64,000 bases of DNA, from assembly GCF_018977255.1 (NCBI RefSeq), contig NW_024704742.1, positions 49,416,001 through 49,480,000 on the forward strand, written 5' to 3'. The notes beneath the pieces were generated by a model, which was given only the letters and a program-made list of their open reading frames with translations, was not told the DNA's origin and did not search any database. The position numbers and the translations under genes were made by a program. This stretch comes from Callorhinchus milii. Its lineage: Eukaryota. Shown here one piece after another: positions 51,876 through 64,000 of the stretch; the stretch's first letter is position 1, and every line of letters begins with the position of its first letter.

Positions 51876-53687
51876 AGGATAGTACTCCTAAAACAGAGTT
51901 ATTGAGCGCTCTCAAGCTACATTGATGTTTTTGGATGCTGTTGGATAACAAGCAAGGATGTAATATTGCATTAATTGATGTTGTGCTGCAAATTTAAATA
52001 GAAAATGATGAATATGTGGAATGGACAACCCAGGGAATTGGTACGTCCTCCCAGTGTGGAAGATGCTATACAAATATAATTTGCTGTTTTGCTGTGGTAG
52101 AGGCAGATTATGACAACAAATTCAACTGGGCGCTGGATAGATATATGGCAAAGAAATTAATTGAAAATTCCCATTTTCAGGTCCCTGCTGAAGACCTTTC
52201 TTTTTGACCGCGCCTTTGGTCATCTTCCTCCCCCTCCCCCTGGCTCTGTCCCGGGATCCGTTACTGTAAAGCGCTCTGAGACGCCGTCCAGTGTGGAGGG
52301 CACTATATAAATCCAAGTTGTTTTGTTGTTGAGTGGAAAGAGGGACGGAGGAGAGAATGCATTCTTTTATACTTTAGAACTGACCAGGTGAACCATTACG
52401 TTCCACGTTTCCTATGTTTCTCTGTAATATTTGGAACAAAACCATGGCCTGAAATTTCTCATGGCTTTAGACTTCAAACCATATTCTTAAAATTTAATAT
52501 TGTACAGAAGTTTGGAAATCTCTTGCATTCAGTTTCAGTTTGGAAGTTGGTTTTCCCAAAGCACTTAAAGAGATTTCTGACAATGTGATGATATTACTTG
52601 TGATAACTGTCACATCAAATATTGCATTTTTCATCCAATGCTTTCAGTGCCACAAAATGTAGTATGAAGGACAATCATGGGGAGAAATTTCCAACTGGGT
52701 CAGGATTTTTCTCTAGTTCTGTAGTATTTTCAGAGTGCCAAGAATTAAGTGACATTCTTAAATGCACCCTTCATTTTGTTCTTCCAAGCACTACAGAAAA
52801 CTGCCTTCAAAGTTAAGCTTGAATTCAACTATTTGCCAAATCCTGATTAATCCATTCTAAAATGCTACATAAGTAGAGTAAATCTAGACCCAGATGGAAA
52901 TTCTCCCACACTAATGTGTTTTAACAGTAAATGCCACAGAAGTGAAAATGATAACTGTTTATAGAGAGCAGAAAGGTTTGTTCTACATATACCAGTCCTT
53001 AGCTGGGAAGGATCCAAGTTATCATTTGTATAAATATGCGTCAGTAAATGTCATGCCACTTCAAATTAGAGAATGGGATCATTTGTAAAGCTTCACCAAG
53101 ATTGTTCATGTAAAGACCTGTGTTGAGGTAAGTTGTACATTGAAATTAGATGCTGTCTGGTATTTTCAAAGTGGTTTAATGTAGCATGTCAGCAGATGTT
53201 GCCTGATCCAAGACAAATCATCTGTAAATGTTGTATGAACTGCAAGTATACAGTCCTGCCAGGTAAGACCCTGGTCTCAATCCCCCTCCCCCCAAAAAAA
53301 ATCCTAAAAGATGATCACAAAGCAACCTCACTTGAATTGCTGATGGTGTAGAGTTCTGTATATGTTTTGACACCGATAATAATAAAAAATCATGAATTTG
53401 ACCCAAAAGTTGCTTTAAAAAATTTGCACAAATCTGTTGTCTATGATTTTTTTCTAGAAGAAAGCATGATTAACATTTCAAAGAGCCCAGTAGTTGATTT
53501 CTTTTAATTTACACATGACAGAGAGGAATGACTGGTATTTGAATAGAGACTATTGCACTCCTAGTAATCCATGGTTGTTTAATACCTATGAAAAGTTGAA
53601 GCACAAGTGAAATATGGGGTGAAAATTGCATCCTGAAGCCAAACATTGAGTTGGATTTCTGACTTACACTGAACTGCATGTTAGTGG

Positions 53688-54128
53688 GATAATAATCTTT
53701 GCATTTTGATACAGTGCATCCTCATATCAACAAGATGTCTCATCACTTCACAGGATATACTGTAAAGTGATGTCCCTTTGTGTATTTTGTGAACATGGCA
53801 GTCAATTTGCACACAGCAATGTGCCACCAACATCCATGGAGTGAGTGACCATTTTTCAAATTTCGAGACTTTTTGGCCAAGGTACTGGAAGAAACTTCCT
53901 TCTCTTTTCAAATAGTGCCACGGGATCTTTATCTTTTTCTAAAAAGGTAGACAGAACCTTGGATTAATATTTAATCCAAAGGACGGCACCTCTGACATTT
54001 CAACACACGCCCAGCACTGCATTGAAGTATCATCATGGATTAGATGGTTTCCAAATCCTGACATGTGGCTTAAATCTCACACCCCTCTGATTTTGAGGAG
54101 AGAGTCCTAACAACTGAGTCAGGTTGAC
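53688..54128 (-). mobile_element. Old Deu-domain-type SINE, full length
   Basis: atagtgccacgggatcttta..atccaaaggacggcacctctgaca..gagagtcctaacaactgagtcagg. Confidence 0.82.
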
Positions 54129-54312
54129 ACATTGTTTAATTGATGGTTATGTTTAGTTAACTCAGTATCCTACTAACTGGTAGTTCAATAGCAACTGAGG
54201 TGAAGTAATAATTTGAAATGTCTAGGTTGTTTGCGTTGTGCATTTTGTTTATCTTATACCCTTGCCAGAGACCAGTGACTGAGTGACTGAGTTATAATTG
54301 CTGCCTGTCTAT

Positions 54313-54852
54313 AACAACAACAACAAGATTCCATTTATAGAGCGCCTTTCACGTCGGGAGGACGTCCCAAGGCGCTGTACAGTTGGGTCAGGACCCGAGC
54401 AGGGGGGAAATGGTCAGGGTGAGGGGAGGGAAGGGAGGGAGCGAGGAAGGGGTAGAGAGTCGAGAGGGGAGCTGAAGGCTCGGTCAAAGAGAAAGGTCTT
54501 GAGACCGGCCTTGAAGGAGGAAAGGGAGGAGGCGGCGAAGGCACTGGGGGATGGAGTTCCAGAGCCTCGGGGCTGAGAGGCTGAAGGCCCGGCCACCGAT
54601 GGTAGGGCGGTTGGGGCGGGGGATGTGGAGCAGACCGGAGCCAGAGGAACGGAGGGTACGGGCGGGTAGGTAGGGGGATAGTAGGTTGGAGAGGTAGGAG
54701 GGAGCGAGGTCGTGAATGGCCTTGTAGGTGAGGATGAGGATCTTGAATTCGATCCTCTGGGGGATGGGGAGCCAGTGGAGGAGAGCGAGGGTGGGAGTGA
54801 TGTGGTCACGAAGCCTGGTGTGGGACAGTACACAAGCTGCAGAGTTCTGAAG
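54313..54852 (-). mobile_element. L2 LINE, young subfamily, 3' end
   Basis: Near-identical to 2222-2735; intact stem-loop at 54341-54376. Confidence 0.94.
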
Positions 54853-55024
54853 CTCTATAAAAGCTATTACTGTGCATAGAACCCAGTAAATATAAAGATG
54901 CTGAAAAACAACTTTTTTTATAGACTATGATATATTCAACAAAAAATGATCTCTCTCATTTTATCATGGAATAATCTTTATTAAAAAGGGTGAAAGGTTA
55001 AGTATAAATTAGGTCGTATTGTTA

Positions 55025-55145
55025 CCAAAAATTGTAAATGCTGGAAATATGAAGTAACAAACGGTAAATCCAGGAACTGCCACAGAAAACACCTGAAAGA
55101 GAAAAGTGGGTTTAACATTTCAGATATTATATTTCATCAGAAACC
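55025..55145 (-). mobile_element. Penelope-like repeat remnant with a decayed hammerhead core
   Basis: Minus strand CTGATGA-N12-GAAATGTTA, in the context aaatgctggaaat..gagaaaag..ttaacatttcag..tttcatcagaa recalled from chondrichthyan Penelope-like repeats. Confidence 0.5.
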
Positions 55146-56554
55146 AGAATCAAGAGCTTGGCCATTCTAAGTTGCTGCCTTAGTGGAAGAGCATTGCAAG
55201 ATTTCAGAGTTGAAAGGCTGCATTTCAGAGGGGATGAAAACAGCACTGTTATTGTCCTGCAAAATAGCACCTCATATTGACTATTCCTGGAGCATACTCA
55301 TGATTTCTGCATGATTACAGGAGACTTAAAGGAAGTGACCTAATATTTTTTAGTGGTTACTATGTTAATTTTATAAATAAAATAAACAATATATTATAAA
55401 ATATAAATAAAAAATAAATTGTAATATAAAGTAAATAATAAACTAATGCATAACAAAATTTTGTAAAAAATATTTTATTTCAAGCCCATTAGAAAATAGA
55501 TTTAAAAAAACAGAGATTCTTTGTGCGATTGGTTAACTGATTTTAAAGTTTGGTATCTTCCTATTTTCTTTGTTTTCACAATTAGATTCAGCATCCTCAC
55601 CCTGAAAATACATTACAAATATATATTATATAGTGCCTTTCAAGGCAGGAGGACATCCCAAAGAACCTGACATCGTTGGCTGAGTACCTGAACAGGGGCT
55701 GGGAGCCAGGAGTATTGGACAAAGATGACCAAAGACACAGGTCAAAGAGGTATATCTTGAGAAGGACTTTAAACAAGGAGAGGGAGCAAGCGAATCGAAG
55801 GGACCTATAAAAGGGTCTCTCAGAACACTGTTCCAGTTGAAGATCACAAATGCCAACCTAGCTCACAAATTTCAGATGCCGATCAAACTCCAGTGAATTG
55901 CCATCAGGTTGTGATATTTTATGTCGGAAATGTAGCTAAGATCTGTATTCATTACAAAGTGATATGATGACATCTTCTGATAGAGAATCCAAACATATAA
56001 AGGAAAACACATTCATACAATACAAGATTACATTTGTATAGCGCCTTTCATGTTGGCAGGATGTCCCAAGGCGCTGGACAGTCAGGGATTTGGACGCAAG
56101 CTGGAGCATGACGAAACATGCTCACTATCATGTGTACATCCAGCATTGCCTTGTGTATTCAATTTTTATTATATTGTCAGTTTGACACAATGCACCTATA
56201 CAAGCCTAATTCGCTTTGCTCAACCAATGGCAGTTACAATGAATACAAAACGTAATTAACTTTGGGCTATAATGCGTCTGCTATTCATAATTTAATATCC
56301 AAACTTCAACTACAAGCACTTCTAACATTGTGTTACAATTCCATCACTTTGTATTTAAATCATTTTAAACCATCAAAGTTCTCCGAAGCAGAACTTTTAT
56401 CATACTTTTTGAGATGTGTCAATGGAAAAATAATTGAAATTTAAGCTTTTTTTTCTAAAGTCACATTTGAAACAATATTACAGTAAGGAAACTTTAAATT
56501 ATAAGACATCATCGAGCATCCTTCATTAGAAATATACCCTGCTTGTTTTGTCTG

Positions 56555-56945
56555 TTATACTTTGTCAACTAGGTTTCTGACACTTGCATAAACCCATGCT
56601 TAAGGGTATCCAAACCATACTGAAAGTTTCATGCATCCAACCTACACATGGAAATTCCTGTGTGTTGGAATGGAATACGCACTCTCTCCCTGGAAGGACC
56701 CATTATGCTTACCTCACTCCGGATAGTATTAAGCACCGGCTGGCAAGGCTTGGGGACCCCAGAGTGTGTGTTGGGGATAATTGCTGGAGTCTAACCTGCT
56801 AAAACCATAGACTGTCATTAAAATACTGCCTGGCAAGTTTCCTGTTGCTCGTCCAGCTAGGACCACCCTACCCATTAGGTTTTGGCTTGCAAGGTGATTG
56901 GGAACTGAGTGGAAGAATCCCTGCCTCCAGTTTCTGGTCAAAGAT
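56555..56945. repeat. Unclassified interspersed repeat, copy D (inverted relative to A)
   Basis: Reverse complement matches 550-930 (gcaagccaaaacctaatg, ggggtccccaagc, ttccatgtgtagg). Confidence 0.8.
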
Positions 56946-58331
56946 GATATCTGAAAAGATGAATGCAAGACACTAAATATCTGGTTTGTGAATCATAGTT
57001 TTCAAACCAACAAAAAAAGATTGGTCAGTGTCTTGCTAGCCAAGGTTTCCGATCTGCAAGCAGGACGCATAATTCTCAGTTTCAGATGCTTCTCCGTTCA
57101 GAGAAGCATTGGAGGAACTTCCAGCATTTACACAGGAAATCTCTTCAATGCACCTGCCTTGCATCCCTGGATATGATACAAGGAACACTTTGTCATCTGA
57201 TAGGTGATGCTTCCCTCATTTCTCATCTCCATCCTCTCTCTAGCGTAAGCTTTGTTTCCTACCTGTTTTAACAGAACTATTAGCTTTTCTATGGTCATTG
57301 ATGTTTATTTTTTACTTGTTCATCCTAAGCTTCAAATATGTTCTGCTTCATGATCTTTCTCCTTGCTACATCCCATTCTAAATCAATTGTTCCCAGGACC
57401 TCATGATTTTGAAACTCCTCACTTCCTTCAAACTTTGATTCAAATCTGCACACTTTTAAATTGTTGATTATTTCCTGACTTAGCTTGTTTTCTCTGTTAA
57501 TCTTTTGAATCGCGGTCATGCTGTGGAATTCTTACAACACCACCCACGTTCTCAATGAAAAAGAGTCCAAGACATCCTTTGTAGCATGACAACATTTATT
57601 CAATCTCAGACCATGGCTACTTTGAACAGCTCTTTGGCATTCCTGTACATCACCAACAGATGCAAGCCAGCGATGAAAAATATAAATGCTACATTTCTTA
57701 TATTCTCTTGAGGATAAAGACAATATACTTGCCACATTGTCAAAGTCAGAACTGAAGTAAATACAGTGAACTTCGACCTTCATCAACACTACAAGCTGCC
57801 TATAGACATAATCGATTTTAAATATGTTTCACAACCTACCTTTGTCCTTCAAAGAATGCATTATGTCCAAGGTAGGGATTATTTACAGCACATTCAGCAC
57901 AAAATACAATGTGCACTTGTCAGAAATAATGAACCTCTTGTCATTTGTGTAGCTTGCTCTCTCTGTTCTTTAACTTTCTATAAAAAACTCTTGTCTCAAT
58001 CACATAAGATTATCCTCTATTTCTGCAACACGCTGTTAAAATCTTCAAGCGCTCTGGAATGCTACCCTGCATGACCGGCACTGTATAAATGCAAGTTCTT
58101 GTTGTAACATCAGGATTTCCCTCCCCCCGCCCCATCCCCCCGCCATCCTGCCACTCTCCATCTCATTTCCTAAAGAATTTGTTTCGTTTTTTCCTTTGAC
58201 TGAGGTATAGTTTAAGCACTCCGGGATGCTACCCTGAGTGAAGGGAGCTTTATAAATGCAAGTTGTTGTTGTAGTTCCATAGAAAGCCGTTTGGTGGTCA
58301 CCCAAGTGACTATTTTAAATGGACATCTCAA

Positions 58332-58640
58332 TTATAATAATAATCCCTGCATGTAATATAGCCCCTTTCATGTTGTCAGGACATCCAAAAGCACTTCACA
58401 GAATATACAGTAAAGTCCAGTAAACAGTGTGTTTTGTAGAGAACACAACAGTCAATTTTGCATATAGCCATGAAGAGAGTGACCAATTTTATTTGGAGGA
58501 TTGTTGCCAGGACACCGGGTAAAACTCGCTTCTCTTTTCAGATAGCGCCATGGGATCTTTTAATGTCCACCTGAACTGGCAGATGGAGCCTCAGTTTAAC
58601 ATCTCATCTGGAGGACATCACCTCTGACAATGCAGCATTC
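58332..58640 (-). mobile_element. Old Deu-domain-type SINE
   Basis: gccatgggatcttttaatgtccacctgaac..cagtttaacatctcatc..cctctgacaatgcagca. Confidence 0.8.
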
Positions 58641-59699
58641 CAATTTGTGTTGTACATTGTTTAAAATCAGCAGCTAATGAACATGTTTCTTGTTTGGATA
58701 GCATATTTTGTGGTTTATGAAGCGTAACACAGTGAACATGTTATATTGAGAAAAAAACTGACAAATTGGATATTAGAACAGGAGTTGCTTTATTTCAAGA
58801 TTATAGGTTTGTTTTGATAAAAAAATGCTAGAATAACTGCACAAATTGAATATTTAATAACAAAATTGTACACATCCCTGGTCGCTTGAATATTGCTTAT
58901 TATTTGATTTTGAGATGTTAATTGCAACTTTCCCCAGGCATAAAACCAAATTACTTTGGAGAAATGATAAAGTCACTGAAGACTTTCTGTTTCCTTGTGA
59001 AATGTACTCCTGAACAAATGATAACAGCTCTCCAGAAATGCAATTCCTCTCCATTGCTTTCCTGAAAACAGTTGCTAAAGGACTGCAGCTTTGTACTCAT
59101 GTCATCGCAAATAATGAGCAACGTGCTGTAGGGATATGCTCTGAGAGACTAAAAACAAATTTCACAAGAGGCTTCTACCAATTAAGAATTACATTGGACA
59201 AGAAACCACTTGAGGGATAGAGTTATAGCTTATCTAATTTCAAAAGTTTATAATGATTCTTATTTTGCTGCTGGGCTCATTCTCAGTTGAGAGACCCACA
59301 TCACCTCAACAGTCGCTTGAGATTTGTTTTGTCGATTCTCCTTCTCATTCACTGTCATCTTAATGATTACTTCCTTCATGAGGTACTCAGCCGGCTCTTT
59401 AAAAAAAAGTTAGTCAGCCACCCTGATTAAAGCGCTATTTGAAACTTGTGAAAATGAGGAAGAATTGTTTTTTAATTTAAAACTTTAGAACTCCATACAT
59501 CTATTCCACAGAATGGAAATAAAGACCAACACAGAGGAAGGAGAAGCACGCCCAAAGCACATTGTTTTTTGCAACATGCACCAGGCTATGTGAACATCAC
59601 TTTAGGTGCAGTGCTACCTATAGGAGAATAATGCAAACCATCAGATTAGGGTTATATTCAAAGCACATACACTCCATGAATGGCTTAGATATTGCCAAA

Positions 59700-60310
59700 G
59701 GGAAAGTTGAAAAACTTCTATGGATGTTAGTCACCTTGCCAAAATATTGTGAACCATAAATTAACAATACAAACTGGATACTGGGCTATGTTGCTAAGTA
59801 ATGTCAGTTCAGATCCCCCAGAAATCAGATTCAAACTGTACAGTGCTCTGATTAATCTGAATCTGAAGTACCAGGTCACCACAAAGTCCTGTTTAGGCCT
59901 TAGAAAGAGCACAGAGGAAAGCAATCATGATAATCTTTAGTTTTAGAAAGATAAGCCATGAGGAACAATTAGGTAAACTTGGATTCTTCACTGTTGAAAG
60001 GAGATATCTCACAGGTGCCCCTGTAGAGGGACATAATGGGACTGAAAAAGTAAATCCAAACATGACATTCTAAGGATGCAGGACAAGTGGGCACAAGTTC
60101 AAGGTTATGAAGGACAATTTTTGGACTCACCACAAAACATTTCTTTACATGAAAGTTGGTCAACAACTAGAGTGAATTGCTGTGAAGGAAGCAGAGGCCA
60201 GGATGCTGAACTCATTTAATAAACAGCTTGGGTGTGTATGGTAAGGCTGTAGAGTGTACATTCTGGAAGGTTACAATCAAATAGGGTGAAGGACATTTAT
60301 CATCTATACC
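59700..60310 (+). mobile_element. Ancient CR1 3' fragment
   Basis: PPEIRFKLYSALINLNLKY resembles CR1 LYxALVRPHLEY; related 3' ends at about 19365-19470 and 38380-38540. Confidence 0.7.
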
Positions 60311-61424
60311 TGCCCGGCGACGCTGTGCTAATACCTATTCATTCCTTTATCTGTTCAGTTGTATTGGATTAATAGATCATCTGAAGAATCTAAATCAGAA
60401 TTCTTCAGCTTTCTTCAGGAATCTACTCACAGGCAGTGTGCAGTCCAATTTTGCTCATATACATTTACATCTAACCCAGTAAATGTGTAAACATGTAAAT
60501 TTAAAATTTAGGATAATAAAGATGGCTTTGCAGTGTCTCAAAGTGTACCATAGCTAGTAGAAAACCAAATCAACAGGAGTCAACTTTTTCCAGATGTCTC
60601 ATACCAATTGACTCTATTGTCACCAAGCTCAGCAAAGCTGCAGTTGTGGTAAGAAGATTGATGAGGAAAAATCACATTGAATCAGCTTACATTGGCCTTA
60701 AGATGGTGGCGACACCAATGCAGTTTAGCCTTCTGGTTCTGAAATTCACAAAGTTGCCTACACTTACAAAACTGTAGTAAAATAATCAATATCACAGCAA
60801 GAGATTAGCACTAAATCAATTGAGATGTTCTATGATGATGAGCGCAACTCAAATAGTTTATAATCCTTCGCAGAATCCCCAAGATCGAATAATTGAACAA
60901 ATTCTCTTATCACTGTCAGCTCAGCAACACATCCGAGTAGACAGGGATAGAATAGATGAAGCAAGCTACTTAACTAGAAGCGTGAGCAGAGAGTTAGAGG
61001 ACACAAGTACAAAATTAAAAAGTCACCAGTGAGACTGGAGATTAGAATAAATAAACTGTTTCCTGACAGAATGGCACATATGTAGAACAGACCAAAAGCT
61101 GTGTCAATCAACTCCATTATATAAAAAAAATTGGATGAATAATATGAATAGGATTTGAAGGCTCAGTGCTGATGACATAACATTTATATTGTGCCCTTCA
61201 TTGTAGAATAATTTTTTGAATCACTGTACAGAGGTGGAGTAGGACGGTGTGCAAGGGAAAAGACGAAAGGGGAGGTGACTGCATGATCGAAGAGGTAAGA
61301 GGGATTTGAAGATTGATCAAAAAAGAGCAAAGTAGAGGGATTGAGGCAAGGAGTTCCAGAAATTAGCTGCAGAGTGGCCAAACGCTCTGGTGATAGGAGT
61401 TAGATAGATATACATATAGGTATG

Positions 61425-62145
61425 AGGTGCTGTCCTTTGGTGAGATGTTAAACTGAGGTCCCAACCTCTTGTTCAGGTGAATGCTAAACATTCCATGGAA
61501 CTATTGAAAAAGAGAAGGGAATTTATCTTTGTGTCCTGGCCAACAATCCACTAGATAAAATTGGTCACCCACTCCATGTTGTATATTGTTGTGTGCAAAT
61601 TGGCTGCTACATTCACTTACAAAATACACAGTTACTACACTCTTCTATCTCCCTGCTCAATCTTCCCTATCATCTGTTAAGCAATTTGCGATGCTCATCC
61701 TAGGTGAAAAGTGCTCAGGTTTAAGTTGTTGTACCTCGTTCTCACCTTCAAAGTCCTCCACCGCCTTGTTCCTTTCTGCCTCTGTGATCTGCGAACACCA
61801 TACTGACCTGTCCGTTCCCTTCACTCAGCAGGCTCCGAACCCGCTCGAGGTCCCCACCTGGCCCACCCCATCATTGGTGGTCAGGCCTTCAGGCTCTCTA
61901 CCGCCACCCTTTGCAACTCCATCCCACAGTCCCTTTGCCTTGCTCCCTCCATTGCCTCCTTCAAGGCACATCTCAAGTCCCTCCTCTTTGACTGTGCCTT
62001 TGGTCGCCCTCCCAACCCCACCCTTCCTGCCCTCCACCCCTCCTGACCCCAAACCCCTACTCAGGTCCAAATCCCTGACTGTCCAGCGCCTTGGGACGTC
62101 CTTCTGACATGAAAGGCTCTATACAAATGTAATTTGTTGTTGTTA
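61425..62145 (+). mobile_element. Deu-domain-type SINE fragment (61425-61640) and L2 3' end (61725-62145)
   Basis: gagatgttaaactgaggtcc..tgtcctggccaacaat, then cagcgccttgggacgtcc..(TTG)n. Confidence 0.82.
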
Positions 62146-63559
62146 TACCTCAATTGGCCAATATTTCTTTGTTGTTTCCATAACATACGATATATTTTTG
62201 GCCCACAAAATATACAGCCAATTCACTTTACAGTATACTCTGTGAATTTTGGATTTTGAGACTATTGCATAACGTGATAAGGCGCTATATCCAATGCAAG
62301 GATTATTATTATCATATCCATGATCCCAGTGAAGCACTTTGAGATATCCTCCTGACATGAAAAGATCAAATGTAAGGATTATTATTTTTAATTACTTTTA
62401 TAAGAGTGCGTGTACAAACTTGGGCCACAGTGTACATGTTTAAGATTGAAACTGCTAATCCAGCGAGTCAGGTTTGCCAGCTTTTCACTCACTCTCCATC
62501 TTGTTCCATTTTCTTAACATTTTTGCCTCAGTTTCTATGGTGCAGAGGAAAGATGGCTCAGGCAGTGGAAGGGAAAGTAGAAAAAGACCTTCAGTCTGCT
62601 TGATATCACTCTGATTGATGTTCCATGCAGCCTCACAGAAATAGAGATACCCTTAAAGTCAAATTGTCTGATGCTTTTCTCTAAGATTCTTTTGACCTTC
62701 AATCGCTCTGGGTCTCAGGAAACAATAATAGACGGCACTGACTATAATTGTCAAGTCCTCATTCAGTCAGCCACAAGTCTTTCCTCAGATTGACTGCAAA
62801 AATTTTCAAAGCTCTGAACCATCTCATTGAACCCATAACTAGTCTCTCTCCAGATGTTTTACAAGGATATCTTTCTTCACAACTGTCACTAAGTATTGAT
62901 TGACATTGTTGAGAGACAATGCCATGAGAGAGGTTGAACTGGTTTACTGGGCAATTTTTTCTGAGTTAAAAGTTGTTTTGGATACTCTTCCAGGAAGAAA
63001 GAAGAAGAATTTTCTCCCTGATCTAAAGAAAGGACATGACTGTAATGCATGTCCTTTATAAGCAGCCTTTACAAGCTGCCCAATACTTACAATCCACACT
63101 GTACAATTAATCTATATTTTTGTTATTTGAATGGATCACTGTGCAGATTGTAATGATCAGTAGAATGGATGAATATAAAAGATCCTCGATTCTCTGGCAA
63201 TTTCAATAATTCAACAGGGACAATCACCCTTTCATTATCGGGGTAATAAAGGTTCTCAAAGGTTCACAATGTAACAGGCACCTTACAGTTTGGTAATAAC
63301 TAGATTCAACTGTAATCTTTTTCTTCAACGGTGAATTGTAAAATTTGGGGCACCTGTATTATTCTGAACATGGTAAGTCCCATTGACTATTAGCCCAACT
63401 ATCATTGTAGACCCCTATTGTGGGTGTTGTATAGCTTGCTTTGATGGCAGTGTGCATTACTCAATCAGTTCTGAAACAGTAAATAACTTTGATTTGAATA
63501 GAATAATCTGAGAGAATACAAACCTAAATTTAATAATCACTTTTATTTTTTGATCAGTA

Positions 63560-63700
63560 CTGATTCTGATGAAGGTTTCACACCACAAACACTGAATGAT
63601 CTTTTTCTTTTAGATATTGAGCAAATAGTTCAATAGTAATATACTGTTACGCTGGTTGTGCTGTTGACTTGGATCATTTCCTGATTTTCTTTTCATCTGC
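63560..63700 (+). mobile_element. Penelope-like repeat remnant, second copy
   Basis: ttCTGATGAaggtttcacaccacaaac: GGT/ACC stem II retained, GAAAC changed to CAAAC. Confidence 0.4.
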
Positions 63701-63774
63701 ACATGAGGAGGATTGGTATTACAGTCCTCTGTTACTGAATTCCATAATATGTGGTCACAAGTATTGGCTGAGGT

Positions 63775-64000
63775 CAGCCTGGCTCTGTGGTAGCACTCTC
63801 ACCTCCGAGTGAGAAGGTTATGGGTTTAAGCTCCATTTTGGGACTTTGAACTCATATAGTCAAGACTGTTGCCTCAATCCAGTGGCGGAAGTGTGCTGCA
63901 ATGCTGGAGGTGTCAAATTTTCGATGAAACCTTAAATCAAGATCCCATCTGCCTGTTCAGATAGATGTTAAAGATCCTGTGACACTATTCAAAAAGAGAA
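63775..64000 (+). mobile_element. Old Deu-domain-type SINE running off the window end
   Basis: cagcctggctctgtggtagcactctcacctccgagt head; tgctggaggtgtc..cgatgaaacc..gatgttaaagatcc. Confidence 0.82.

Noticed and set aside
55340..55510. Extremely AT-rich stretch
   Set aside because: Low complexity with no discernible periodicity or structure.
57086..57109. 9-bp perfect hairpin; also a 10-bp hairpin at 63029-63057
   Set aside because: Isolated short stems are expected by chance in 64 kb and are too short for pre-miRNA.
1..64000. CRISPR array, operon or prokaryote-type system
   Set aside because: The sequence is vertebrate repeat-rich DNA; recurring motifs are dispersed retroelement tails, not regularly spaced repeats.

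Overview
Non-coding, repeat-dense DNA from a vertebrate, most likely a cartilaginous fish (probably a chimaera). This is inferred from the repeat families, not verified. I found no protein-coding exon I can recognise, and most ORF-track entries are decayed or antisense LINE frames. The window contains: many 5'-truncated L2 LINEs, including a young near-identical subfamily; CR1 LINE fragments; one decayed Tx1/L1-like retrotransposon (about 6.85-11.17 kb) that has lost its RT core; a young SINE with a tRNA-Ala-like head; older Deu-domain-type SINEs; a hAT-like MITE; two Penelope-like remnants with decayed hammerhead cores; and four copies of an unclassified repeat of up to about 600 bp. The best-supported observations are a covarying 3' stem-loop shared by the SINEs and L2, several nested insertions, and a few candidate regulatory or exon-like patches in unique sequence. 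I cannot support a wholly new biological system from this sequence alone. Repeat boundaries are approximate and family names come from recalled similarity.
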